Below, piece after piece: positions 36,867 through 46,674 of a stretch of 64,000 nt of DNA. Below the pieces are notes generated by a model. It worked only from the letters and a program-made list of their open reading frames with translations, ran no database searches and had not been told where the DNA came from. Location of the stretch: positions 960,001 to 1,024,000 of the forward strand of contig CBDCVR010000015.1 of the NCBI GenBank assembly GCA_965223155.1, written 5' to 3'. Origin of the DNA: Candidatus Multivoradales bacterium (lineage in GTDB: Bacteria > Acidobacteriota > Thermoanaerobaculia > Multivoradales > JAHEKO01). Position numbers and translations under genes: made by a program. The first letter of the stretch is position 1. Each line of letters opens with the position of its first letter.

Positions 36867-37652
36867 TCAGCCAAGGCCGGCCGCGCTCGCAACCGAGAAG
36901 ACCCGACGGTCTTCGAGCCGGACGGCGGTCAGACGCCCGCCGTAGACGCAGCCCGTATCGAGACCCAGGAAGGTTTCGTCCAGCCTCAGCCCCAGGGCCG
37001 CCCAGTGGCCGGCCACGATCGTTACTCCGACGGCGCTGCGATTGGGCACGTCGAACCAGGGGGTGGTTCCCGGCGGCGCCTGCTCAGGCGGTCCGGCGAA
37101 CGTCGAGCGTCCCCCGGGCGCGGTCACGACCCGCATCGCGGTGAGACCGTAGATCGTCTCCTCCACCCGAGCCGGCTCGCCGCTGGTGAAGTACCGCAGC
37201 CGGGCGGCTGGATCTCGCAGCACCTCTTCGGCCTCGCGGGCTCGCTCCTCGGCCTCCTTCACCTTCCATGCCGGCGGGATCCCGGCATGAACCAGCACCG
37301 CCGCGCCGTCCCAGTGAAGAAGGGGCCGGCCGGCCAGCCAGGCTTCGATCTGATCCCGATCCTTAGCCTCCCGAACCGGCCCCAGCAACGCCTCATGGTG
37401 CTCTCGGCCATGGCCGGCAAGCAGGGCCAGGAGGTGGAGGTCGTGGTTGCCCAGGACGGTCACGAAGCGCTCGCCCAGGTCGCGGCTCGCCGCTTGCGCC
37501 CAGCGCAGCACCGCCAGCGAGTCCGGTCCCCGGTTGACCAGGTCGCCGGTCAGCCACAAGCGGTCGCGGCCGCGCTCGAAGGGCAGCTCGACGAGTAGGC
37601 GCTCGAGCGCCCCGAGGCAGCCGTGAACGTCCCCGACCACGTAGGTCGCCAT
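36867..37652 (-). CDS. apaH: Symmetrical bis(5'-nucleosyl)-tetraphosphatase
   Basis: VGDVHG, GDLVNRGPDSL, LGNHDLHLL, GHWAALG, LDTGCVYGG. Confidence 0.92.
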   Translation of the reverse strand: MATYVVGDVHGCLGALERLLVELPFERGRDRLWLTGDLVNRGPDSLAVLRWAQAASRDLGERFVTVLGNHDLHLLALLAGHGREHHEALLGPVREAKDRDQIEAWLAGRPLLHWDGAAVLVHAGIPPAWKVKEAEERAREAEEVLRDPAARLRYFTSGEPARVEETIYGLTAMRVVTAPGGRSTFAGPPEQAPPGTTPWFDVPNRSAVGVTIVAGHWAALGLRLDETFLGLDTGCVYGGRLTAVRLEDRRVFSVASAAGLG

Positions 37653-37683
37653 CTCGGTTCTCTTGCCCGGCGCTCGCTCGAAA

Positions 37684-38451
37684 TCAGCGCGGCGCCATGC
37701 GAATGGCGCCGTCCAGACGGATGGTCTCGCCGTTCAGCATGCGGTTCTGAAAGACGTGAAGCGCCAGATCCGCATACTCTTCCGGGCGCCCCAAGCGCGA
37801 CGGAAACGGCACCTGCTCGCCCAGCGAGATCCTAGCCTTCTCTGGCAGTCCCGCCATCAGCGGCGTGTCGAAAAGGCCCGGCGCGAGGGTCACCACCCGG
37901 ATGCCATGGCGAGCCAGCTCGCGCGCGCACGGCAGCGTCAGCCCCACGACGCCGCCCTTGGAGGCCGAGTAGGCCACCTGGCCGATCTGGCCCTCGAAGG
38001 CCGCCACCGAGGCGGTGTTGATGATCACTCCGCGCTCGCCCTCTTCGTCGGCTTCAGTCTCGGCGATCGCCTCGGCCGCCAGCCGAAGCACGTTGAAGGT
38101 GCCGATCAGGTTGATCCGAATCACCCGCTCGAAGAGCGAGATCGAGTGGGGCCCTTCCTTGCCCAGAACCTTGGCCGGGTCGCCGACGCCGGCGCAACTT
38201 ACCGCCCCGGACAACGGACCGAAGGCCTCGATTGCGGTCTGGATGGCGGCTCGGACCGAATCTTCCTGGCTTACGTCCGTGGGGCTGAAGCGGGCATCCG
38301 GACCGAGCTCCTCGACCAGATCCTCACCCCGCTCCTGGTTGATGTCGGCGACGACCACGTGGGCGCCCTCGGCCACCAGCCGGCGCACGGTGGCCTCGCC
38401 CAGCCCCGAAGCTCCTCCACTAACGAGAAACGTCTTGCCCTGAATTTCCAT
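37684..38451 (-). CDS. 3-hydroxyacyl-CoA dehydrogenase type 2-like SDR
   Basis: [51 protein letters not shown]. Confidence 0.92.
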   Translation of the reverse strand: MEIQGKTFLVSGGASGLGEATVRRLVAEGAHVVVADINQERGEDLVEELGPDARFSPTDVSQEDSVRAAIQTAIEAFGPLSGAVSCAGVGDPAKVLGKEGPHSISLFERVIRINLIGTFNVLRLAAEAIAETEADEEGERGVIINTASVAAFEGQIGQVAYSASKGGVVGLTLPCARELARHGIRVVTLAPGLFDTPLMAGLPEKARISLGEQVPFPSRLGRPEEYADLALHVFQNRMLNGETIRLDGAIRMAPR

Positions 38452-38524
38452 GAACGGCCTCCTTATCGAGGCCAGAAAGATACCATTGCCCCCGGAGGAG
38501 GAACCAGGAGATGGAGAGGCTGCG

Positions 38525-38914
38525 ATGAGCGACGAACGCGCCGGCAAGCTCGGCACCGTGGGCTGGATCGACCTGACCGTTCCGGACGCCGAGAGCCTTC
38601 GGGACTTCTACCGAGAGGTCGTGGGCTGGGAGACCCAGGAAGTGGACATGGGCGGTTACGCCGACTTCAGCATGCTCGCGGCCAACGGCGCCGCCAGCGC
38701 CGGAGTCTGCCACGCCCGCGGCGTCAACCAGGGCATCCCGCCGGTGTGGATGATCTACATCAACGTGGACGACTTGCAAGCCAGCCTCGAGGCCTGCCGC
38801 GGCAGCGGCGGCGAAGTGCTGAGCGAGATTCGCTCGATGGGCGGCCACGGCCGCTACGCCTTCGTGCGCGACCCGGCGGGCGCGCCGTTCGCGCTCTTTG
38901 AGCCGCCCCGCTAG
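38525..38914 (+). CDS. VOC/glyoxalase family protein
   Basis: [35 protein letters not shown]. Confidence 0.88.
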   Translation: MSDERAGKLGTVGWIDLTVPDAESLRDFYREVVGWETQEVDMGGYADFSMLAANGAASAGVCHARGVNQGIPPVWMIYINVDDLQASLEACRGSGGEVLSEIRSMGGHGRYAFVRDPAGAPFALFEPPR

Positions 38915-39004
38915 AACCAGGTCCCGGCGGCGTCAACCCCTGGTCGCGACGTTCGAGATTCCACGCGCTCGGCCTCGACGATCGAGCCTGCTAGGCTCCG
39001 CGGC

Positions 39005-39490
39005 GTGGCCCGCCTCGTCAGGATCTTGCTCGTCGCCATCGGCATCTTGGCCGCTCTTTTCATCGGACGTCTTACCGTATTGAGCCTTCGATCCCAGCCG
39101 CCGGAGCGCATCGCCGCCACTGCGGCCGCGACCGCCGCGCCACAAAGCCTCGAGTCCTGCGCCGGCCTCCGCAACTGCGTTTCCAGCCAGGCCCCGGACG
39201 CCGGTCACCGGGTCGAGCCGCTGGCCGTCGCCGGGACTCCCGACCGGGCGCTCCAAGAAGTCGTCGAAGCCCTCGAAAGGCTGCCCCGGGTCGCCGTTGT
39301 CACCGTCCACGACGGCTACGTTCACGCCGAGTTCCGCAGCCGCCTTTTCCGGTTCGTGGACGATCTCGAGCTGCTCTACGACTCCGAGCTTCCCGGCTTC
39401 CAGGTGCGCTCGGCTTCCCGAGTTGGCGTCTCGGACTTGGGCGCCAATCGTGGCCACGTCGAGGCGCTGCGCGCGGCGCTGTCGCGCTAG
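39005..39490 (+). CDS. DUF1499 domain protein
   Basis: C...RNCVSSQ, YVHAEFRSRLFRFVDDLE, VRSASRVGVSDLGANR. Confidence 0.9.
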   Translation: MARLVRILLVAIGILAALFIGRLTVLSLRSQPPERIAATAAATAAPQSLESCAGLRNCVSSQAPDAGHRVEPLAVAGTPDRALQEVVEALERLPRVAVVTVHDGYVHAEFRSRLFRFVDDLELLYDSELPGFQVRSASRVGVSDLGANRGHVEALRAALSR

Positions 39491-42400
39491 CTGGCCGCCG
39501 TCGGCGTCGGCGTCGACGAGACGGTCGGAACGTAGCGCCGCCGCAGGCGTAGGACGCCGCCTTCACGCGTGCCGTCGAAGACCTCCAGGAACGGCTCCGC
39601 ATAGGGGCTCGTGGCGGCCGGCTCGCCGTTTACGGTTTCGACTTCAAGACGCGGCTCGGGCGCGACCGGACGGGTGAGGAGATGCCCCAAGACACCCAGG
39701 TAGTCCCGAAGGCGGGGGTGATCCGCCTCCGGCTCGATCGAGAGCCGCCGGCCGTTGCGCTCGGACAAGAGCACCCGCTCGGCGCCGTGGAAGACCAGGT
39801 GGGTCGAGGCCAGGCGCTTTGGAGCCAGGTGGCGCAGGCCTTCGAGGCCCAGGCCCGTGGCCGCCGCCGGATCCGCCGCCGAAAGCCAGTAGATCGCGTC
39901 CCGGCGAAGGCCCGCGCGCAACGTCCGCACGGCTTCGTGGGAGGCGAACTGGAGGCCGGCAATGCCCTCGAAGAACTGGCCCGCCACGATCTCGCCCGAG
40001 AGCTCCATGAGACGGAGCGTGCGAAAGAGCCGGCCCCACCGGAGCGGTACGAGCTCCCGCGCCAAGAGCTCTCGAAACAGCACTCCGTAGCGATCCAGGA
40101 GCAAGCGCACGCGGTCCTTGTTGGCTTCCTCCCGGTCCAGAGCGTCGCCCTCGACTCCCGTTGGCGGGTCGAGCGCGTACCACTCGCCCGCATAGATCGC
40201 CTGCGAGCGCCAGCGGTCCGGACGTTGCCGAAGCGTCGGCCGTCTCCGCCTGCTCTTCTGGTTCCGCTGGCTCTGCTGGCTCTGCTGACCCTGAAGCGTC
40301 TGAGGCCGGCGGCCGGCACCGGCCCGGGTTGCCTGCCGAGACCCGGAAGCAGAATCGCCGGGCAATCGAAAGCGCTGGGCGATTCCCTGGCGCAGCGCGG
40401 CAAAGGTGGTGTTCGACACCCGGCCGCTCCAGGCTTCGCGCCAGAGCGCCGCGGCAACCTCGGAGGACGGCTCGTCGCGCCGGGCCACGATCTCCTCGAA
40501 GCGAAAGCGCCCGGCGGCCGAAGGCAGGACCGTGGCCTCGGAAGCTGGACGGACATCCGTCTCCGAACCGGCAGCGCTACCGGCGGCGGCGGCGGCATCG
40601 GCGGCATCGGCGGCATCAACGGCGGCGGCCGCGCCGACTTCATCGACTTCAGCCGGCTCGGCCGGCTCGACCAGAAGACCGACCTCTTCGGGAAAGGCGA
40701 AGGTCACGGTCTCGGCTCCGCAACCGAGCCACACCAGGTCCGAGTCCTGAAACAGGCTATCGAGCCACGATGGATAGAAGGTGTCGAGCCGCGCCGGCAG
40801 GATTTCAGTCTCCCAGAGGCGGGCCGCCGCCGGATACCCCAGGAGCCGACCCAGCGCGGTTTGTAGCTCGCGGGAACTGGCGCCACGGGCGGTCAGTCCC
40901 TGGCGCGTCGCCAGAAAGAGCGGCAGGTCGACAAGCGGCCGGGCCTCCAAGCTCGGCCGCCGCCGGGCGCGGTCGATCCGCAGCAGTCGTTCCAAATTCT
41001 CCGCGTCGGCGATCTCGAGCGTGTCCGTCTCGCGCCGGAACCGGTCGATGACCACGTGACCGTCCTCGACCAGGGTCTCGAGCAGCGCGTCGAGGCGTTC
41101 GGTTTCGAGCCCGAAGCTCGCCCGCAACCGCTCGGCCGGCACCGGACCATAGAAGCGGAGCCATTCGGCCACGATCTCGCCGGCGCCGAGCCCGCCGTCC
41201 GCGGGCGCCGCCGCGACCCTTGCGGCCTCGACCCGTGCGGCCTCCACCCGTGCGGCCTCGTCGCCCGCCAGGGACTCGAGAGCCTCCGGCGGTCCAAAGG
41301 CCGCGACCAGAGCGGGCAAGCGCTCGCGCGCGCACACGACGGGCTCGGACCAACGCGCCCGCACTAGCCGGGTTGCGGCCGGGCCGACCCGATCGTCGCC
41401 TTCCTCCTCGTCCGCTTCAGAGCCGGGGGCGTCGAGGTTCCGGTCGCGCTCGACCGCCGCCGTCAGCGCCAGCCACTCGGACTCGGGCAGCACCCACCGC
41501 TCCTTGACCCACTCCACCAACTCGACATCGTCGCGGGGCGCATAGCCGGGTTGCGTGCGCTGGAGCTTGCTCTCGAACTCGACCAGCAGGGCCTCCGGAA
41601 ACTTCGGTCGCAGCTCGGCCGAGAGCACCAGCTCGCGCAGCCACCCCTTATCGAGCGCGGTGCCCCGGTCCCGCTCGGCCGAGTCGTCCAGATACATGAG
41701 CCGATTGGTCCGCTTCCAGAGGAGATCCCCTGCGAACGGCGACGGCGCCTCGGTCGCCACCTCGACGACGTCGAGGGTTCCCTGCTCGATCTCGGCCAAG
41801 AATCTCTTGAGCGCCTCGAGCTCGAATTCTTCTTCCAGGCAGGTGCGCCAGGTCTCGACGACGATCGGAAAGTCTCCGAACTTGGCCACCGTGCCCAGAA
41901 GCTGCTTGCCGCGCTCCCGCTGGAGCCAGAGCGGGACCCGGCGCTTCAAGTCCGAGCGCGGCAGCAGCAAGGCCCGGCCGGCGTTCTCGCGGAAGCGGGC
42001 ACCGAAGAATCCCGTCGGTTCGAGCGTGGTGCGTAGCATCATCTCGAGGGGCTGCGTCGCCAGGTACTCGAACACCGCCGCTGGTTCGAAGCCATCGGGC
42101 GCCAGCACCAGAAGGCTGTCGTTGTTGGCATCGGCCTCAAGGCTCTGGCCGGACAGAGCGCGGTAGGCAGGAGGCAAGACCAGCGCCAGCGGTCGGTTGA
42201 CCCGGCCGCCCCAGCCGGTGTGAAGCACCCAGGCCCGGCGTCCCTCGTCGGTCTCGCGCTCGGCCAGCTTCTCGGCCACCAATCGATGGCGGTGGGGCAG
42301 GCCGTCGGTGGCCAGGCGCTGCTCCTCCAGAAAGCCGACCAGAGCTTCGGCCGCGGCTGCCTCGAAGGCGTGCTCGCCGACCAGGCGTTGGGCCAGGTTC

Positions 42401-44253
42401 CGCCTTCCGTCACGACCGCGAAGCTCGGTATCGGCGCGCTCCAGAAACCGGCCGATGCGCTCGGAAAGATGAACGCTCCGGTTGCGCTCTTCGGCGCGCC
42501 AGAAGGGCGCGAAGGCGGCGCCCTTGGCGACCGGAGACACCAGCACATCGCTGTGGGTGATCTTACGGATGCGCCAGGCCTGGGCGCCGAGGGTGAACGT
42601 GTCGCCCAGCGAGCGCTCCCATACGAACTCCTCGTCCAGCTCGCCCAGTCTGGCCATCGATTCGTGATGTCGGAGCCGGAAGTAGCCACGGTCCGGAATC
42701 GTGCCGCCAGCGACATAGAGAAGCCGTTCCGAGCCCCGGCGGGCCAGCACCGTACCCTCGAGGCGGTCGAACGCCAGGCGCGGCTCGAGCTCGCGGATCC
42801 GGCTCTCGGAGTAGCGGCCCGCGAGCATCTCGAGCACCAAATCGAACTGTTTGCGCGGAAGATCCCGATAGGGGTAGCTGGTTCGGATCCGGTCGTAGAG
42901 CTCGTCGACGTTTCGGCTCGTCCCCGCGGTCATCGACAGGATGACCTGGGCCAGGACGTCGAGCGCTCCGCGGACCGGCTCCACCTCTTCGATGTCGTGG
43001 TCCAGGACCGCGCGCGCCACCACTGCCGCATGGATCAGATCCCGACCGAACAAGGGATAGAGCCGGGCGCGGCTGACCTCGCCCACCCGGTGGCCGGCGC
43101 GTCCGACGCGCTGGATGGCCGCCGCGACCGACGGTGGCGTCGCCACCAGCAGGACCTCGTCCAGAGCGCCGATGTCGATTCCCAGCTCGAGCGAGTTGGT
43201 CGCCACGATCGCCTTGAGCCGGCCTTGCTTCAGCCTCTCTTCGACCACGGCCCGGAGCTCACGCGAGAGCGAGCCGTGATGGGAGTAGGCGAGCTCGGCC
43301 GATCCGCCCTCATTCAAGAAGCGGGTAATCTTCTCGGTCGCCCGCCGGCTGTTGGCGAAGAGCAGCGTCGAGCGGTTGGAGCGGATGCGATGCTTGAAGG
43401 CCTCGGTCAGCGACTCCCAGAGGTTTTCGGGAGGTGTCGCGCCCGACCCTTCGTCCCGACCCGGGACGACGTCGACCAGGCCCGCCGGGCGGGACACCTC
43501 GAGGTCGTACACCTTGCGGGCTTCCGAGCGCACCAGGCGAACGTCGCGGCGGGCGTAGACGGCGTGGCCGGCGGTTCGCTCCAGACGCCAGCCGCCGACA
43601 AAGCGCGCGAGCTCGGCGAGCGGCCGCGCGGTCGCCGACAGCGCCAGGCGCTGGAACTCCCCGGAGAGCTCCACCAGCCGGTCCACCGCGGTGATGAGAT
43701 GGGTGCCGCGCTTGCCGCCGGCAATCGCGTGGATCTCGTCCAGGATGACGGTTTCGAGCCCTCCGAAGAGAAGCCGTCCGCGCGGCGAGGTCAGGAGGAT
43801 GTTCAAGCTCTCCGGCGTCGTGATGAGAATTTCGGGCGGCCGGCGCAGCATCTTGCGGCGCTCGCTCTGCGGCGTATCGCCGCTGCGGACCCCGATCCCG
43901 ACCGGCCGCGGCTCGAGGCCGGCCTCGGCGAAGCTCGCTTCGAGCTCGGCGAGCGGCTGGCGCAGGTTGCGCTGGATGTCGTTGTTGAGCGCCTTGAGCG
44001 GTGACAGGTAGAGCACCCGGACGTGGCCGTCCTCGGCCGCCGCCGGCCAGGCTCCGGTCAAGAGCCGATCCAATGCCCAGAGAAAGGCGGTCAGGGTCTT
44101 GCCGCTGCCGGTGGGCGCGGACACCAGAACGTGCTCGCCGGCCGCGATCGGCGGCCAGGCCGCCCGCTGAGCATCGGTGGGCTCGCCGAACCGGGCGGCG
44201 AACCAATCGCTGACGACCGGGTTGAAACCGATCGATTCGAGACTAGCCCCCAT
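39487..44253 (-). CDS. lhr: Lhr-family DEAH helicase (long form)
   Basis: APTGSGKT, LSPLKALNND, ITTPESL, DEIH, HHGSLS, SLELGIDIG, QRVGRAGH; C-terminal LLDRYGV...GQFFEG...QFA. Confidence 0.92.
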   Translation of the reverse strand: MGASLESIGFNPVVSDWFAARFGEPTDAQRAAWPPIAAGEHVLVSAPTGSGKTLTAFLWALDRLLTGAWPAAAEDGHVRVLYLSPLKALNNDIQRNLRQPLAELEASFAEAGLEPRPVGIGVRSGDTPQSERRKMLRRPPEILITTPESLNILLTSPRGRLLFGGLETVILDEIHAIAGGKRGTHLITAVDRLVELSGEFQRLALSATARPLAELARFVGGWRLERTAGHAVYARRDVRLVRSEARKVYDLEVSRPAGLVDVVPGRDEGSGATPPENLWESLTEAFKHRIRSNRSTLLFANSRRATEKITRFLNEGGSAELAYSHHGSLSRELRAVVEERLKQGRLKAIVATNSLELGIDIGALDEVLLVATPPSVAAAIQRVGRAGHRVGEVSRARLYPLFGRDLIHAAVVARAVLDHDIEEVEPVRGALDVLAQVILSMTAGTSRNVDELYDRIRTSYPYRDLPRKQFDLVLEMLAGRYSESRIRELEPRLAFDRLEGTVLARRGSERLLYVAGGTIPDRGYFRLRHHESMARLGELDEEFVWERSLGDTFTLGAQAWRIRKITHSDVLVSPVAKGAAFAPFWRAEERNRSVHLSERIGRFLERADTELRGRDGRRNLAQRLVGEHAFEAAAAEALVGFLEEQRLATDGLPHRHRLVAEKLAERETDEGRRAWVLHTGWGGRVNRPLALVLPPAYRALSGQSLEADANNDSLLVLAPDGFEPAAVFEYLATQPLEMMLRTTLEPTGFFGARFRENAGRALLLPRSDLKRRVPLWLQRERGKQLLGTVAKFGDFPIVVETWRTCLEEEFELEALKRFLAEIEQGTLDVVEVATEAPSPFAGDLLWKRTNRLMYLDDSAERDRGTALDKGWLRELVLSAELRPKFPEALLVEFESKLQRTQPGYAPRDDVELVEWVKERWVLPESEWLALTAAVERDRNLDAPGSEADEEEGDDRVGPAATRLVRARWSEPVVCARERLPALVAAFGPPEALESLAGDEAARVEAARVEAARVAAAPADGGLGAGEIVAEWLRFYGPVPAERLRASFGLETERLDALLETLVEDGHVVIDRFRRETDTLEIADAENLERLLRIDRARRRPSLEARPLVDLPLFLATRQGLTARGASSRELQTALGRLLGYPAAARLWETEILPARLDTFYPSWLDSLFQDSDLVWLGCGAETVTFAFPEEVGLLVEPAEPAEVDEVGAAAAVDAADAADAAAAAGSAAGSETDVRPASEATVLPSAAGRFRFEEIVARRDEPSSEVAAALWREAWSGRVSNTTFAALRQGIAQRFRLPGDSASGSRQATRAGAGRRPQTLQGQQSQQSQRNQKSRRRRPTLRQRPDRWRSQAIYAGEWYALDPPTGVEGDALDREEANKDRVRLLLDRYGVLFRELLARELVPLRWGRLFRTLRLMELSGEIVAGQFFEGIAGLQFASHEAVRTLRAGLRRDAIYWLSAADPAAATGLGLEGLRHLAPKRLASTHLVFHGAERVLLSERNGRRLSIEPEADHPRLRDYLGVLGHLLTRPVAPEPRLEVETVNGEPAATSPYAEPFLEVFDGTREGGVLRLRRRYVPTVSSTPTPTAAS

Positions 44254-44309
44254 ACACCGCCAACTTTCGGCCGGAAGCCTCTCGAGGCATGCTCTCGTAG
44301 GAAGTGCTG

Positions 44310-46571
44310 CTAGACGCCATCGTCAGGCGACGAATCTACCGCGGCCCGGCGGGCGAGAAGGTAGACCGGGGCCGGGCCCAGCTCCAGCTCGCCGCCTTCG
44401 GGCAGCGGCAACTCGGCGCCGTCCCGGCCGACGATGCGCTCGAGGCGGGAGCGGTCCACCGGTAGCCGGACCCGCGGTTTGCCACTCGTGGCCCACGCCA
44501 CGAAGATCGAGGAGCGGTCGCGCTCGAACTCATAGAGCCGGGTTGACGGCGCCGGCTCGGTCCTCTCGAGGAAGGTCGCGCCGGCCAGCATCGCCTGGAG
44601 GTTCGCCAGGGCGAGAAAGGCGGGGCGCTCGACCAGCCCGCCGCCGTCGGCTTCCGCGCGCCGCATCAGACCGTAACCGCGGGCGACGAGCTGCCACCAG
44701 TAGACCCGCTCGACAAGACCCGAGGTCAGAGTCGCAAGGTAGTAGCGCACCAGGTAGTCGGCCTGGGTCTCCTCATCGACCGCCACCGTGCGCCCGGCGG
44801 GCGAGTGGGGCCCTTCCCAGAGCGGCCAGTTGACCTCGGTGATCCAGCAGCGACCCGAGGACCGTTTGCCGGTGGCGGCAATGGCTTTGAGGAGCGCGGC
44901 CTTGCCCACCGTGTCGAAGCCGAGCTGCTTGGCCTCGGGCGCGCCGCGCCGATCCACGTAGAGAAGGGCTGTCACGACGTCGAAGTTCACCCCGGCGCCG
45001 GCGGGCGAGGCCATGTTGAGCACCGCGGCCGTCGCCTGGAACTCGAAATCGATCACCGCGGGACCCAGGACCTGGACGTCCGGATGGCGCGTCAGCTCCT
45101 CCCGGGCGATCGCGGCCAACGCGAGGTACTCGTCGTAGTTCCAGATGCCCCACTTGGAACGGTTGATCGCTTGGCCCACCTGGAAGCTCCGGCCGTAGGG
45201 AACGAAGCGCTCGGCCAGCAAGCGCACCGCGTCGCGCCAACGCTTCGGATCCCGCACCAGCTCGCGATCTTGCGGCAGAGCGAAGGCCAGATCCAACCCG
45301 GCTTCAGCGAGGGTCCGGGCCAGCCTCTCTTCCACGTCGTGGCTCTCTTGCCAGGGATGAAGACGCAGCAGAACCTGGCCGACGCCCAGACGGCGAAGCG
45401 CCGCCAGCAGCAGCTCGGAACCATTGGCGACCCCTTCGAGCGGGCGTAGCGCAACACCGGCGCCCGGCCAGGGTCGCGGGCCCACCTGCGCCTGGCCGGC
45501 GAGAGCCCGGTAGCTCGCCACCACCCGCGGTGCCGCCGCCAGAACCGCCGCTGCCGCCCGCGCGTGGGCACCGGCGTCGGCCAGGCGGATGAGGAGCTGC
45601 TCTCGCCGCCCGGCGTGTTGGTGCGGCTGGTCCGACAACTCGTCCCATACCGATTTGTCGCGGGCGCCGGCGTCGGCGGGCGGGGCCGGAATGTGAGCGT
45701 AGGCCTCGCGCTGGACAAGCCGAGCCTTGAGCCAGCGACCCGGCTTGCGCAGGCGCGGCTTCCACCGGTTCTTGGCCAGAAATCCCCACTGAAGCACCCG
45801 GTAGACGAGGCCGCTGGGCGAGTCGAGGGAGATGTCGCCGCCCCAGTAGGCCCGCCAGAAGCGCTGGCGATCGCCCCCGGCCAAGATCGGCAATCGGCAC
45901 AAGTCGCGTAACCGGCGCAGGCGCGAAACCGGGCCTAGCCGGCCGCGGTCGAGATCGATCAGGGCCAGGCGCTCCGGCGGCAAGGCTCCTCCCTCGATCA
46001 GAACGTTGCCGATCGAAAGGTCCCTGTGCCACAGGCCCGCCTGGTGAACTTTGGCGAAGAGGCCGCCCACGGCCGAAAAAAACGCCGCCCGGTCGATCTC
46101 GGGAAATTGCTCCCGCTCCTCGCCCGCGGCGATCGCCCGAAAGTAGTAGCGGCTCTCGACGAAATCGGTCAGTAGCTCGCTGACGTAGAGCGAGGGGCCA
46201 CCGATCGTCGTCGCTTCGATCCAAGCCAGCGGCCGCGGAGTCCGGATGCCGGCGGCTTCGAGCGTCCGGGCCGCGCGCCAGCTCCTGGCCGCCTTGCTGT
46301 CGTCACGGCCTTGCCGCCGGCGGGCGCGGCGGCTCTGGTTCCGGAACAGCTTGACCGCGACCGTCTGTGGCCCGTCCGGGCCCGAGACCCGCGCCGTGTA
46401 CAGATAGTCACGTCCCCAGTGCAGGGTCTCGAGAGCCTGGCCCGGGTCGGTCAGGACGTCGAGTGCCCCGCCAAGCCGGTCCGGGGAAAGCGCCCGCCGG
46501 TCGAGCTCGCCGCGCCAGTCCTCGAACCGGAACGGCTGCACCGCCGGGCTCTGCGCGCTACCAATCTCCAT
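44310..46571 (-). CDS. Kdo/WaaP-like kinase fused to a glycoside-hydrolase-like TIM barrel
   Basis: VAVKLF, HRDLSIGNVL and LIDLDR in the N-half; QVGQAINRSKWG, CWITEVNWP, EETQADYLVRYY and ERVYWWQL in the C-half. Confidence 0.7.
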   Translation of the reverse strand: MEIGSAQSPAVQPFRFEDWRGELDRRALSPDRLGGALDVLTDPGQALETLHWGRDYLYTARVSGPDGPQTVAVKLFRNQSRRARRRQGRDDSKAARSWRAARTLEAAGIRTPRPLAWIEATTIGGPSLYVSELLTDFVESRYYFRAIAAGEEREQFPEIDRAAFFSAVGGLFAKVHQAGLWHRDLSIGNVLIEGGALPPERLALIDLDRGRLGPVSRLRRLRDLCRLPILAGGDRQRFWRAYWGGDISLDSPSGLVYRVLQWGFLAKNRWKPRLRKPGRWLKARLVQREAYAHIPAPPADAGARDKSVWDELSDQPHQHAGRREQLLIRLADAGAHARAAAAVLAAAPRVVASYRALAGQAQVGPRPWPGAGVALRPLEGVANGSELLLAALRRLGVGQVLLRLHPWQESHDVEERLARTLAEAGLDLAFALPQDRELVRDPKRWRDAVRLLAERFVPYGRSFQVGQAINRSKWGIWNYDEYLALAAIAREELTRHPDVQVLGPAVIDFEFQATAAVLNMASPAGAGVNFDVVTALLYVDRRGAPEAKQLGFDTVGKAALLKAIAATGKRSSGRCWITEVNWPLWEGPHSPAGRTVAVDEETQADYLVRYYLATLTSGLVERVYWWQLVARGYGLMRRAEADGGGLVERPAFLALANLQAMLAGATFLERTEPAPSTRLYEFERDRSSIFVAWATSGKPRVRLPVDRSRLERIVGRDGAELPLPEGGELELGPAPVYLLARRAAVDSSPDDGV

Positions 46572-46674
46572 TAATGCCTCATCCAGGCCCGGCTCGCCGG
46601 CGCCGCCGCGATGCCCGCCTGGTCCGATCTTCTCACCGGAATCGTGGTTCGCGGATTCCGATGGAAGGCTCCGG

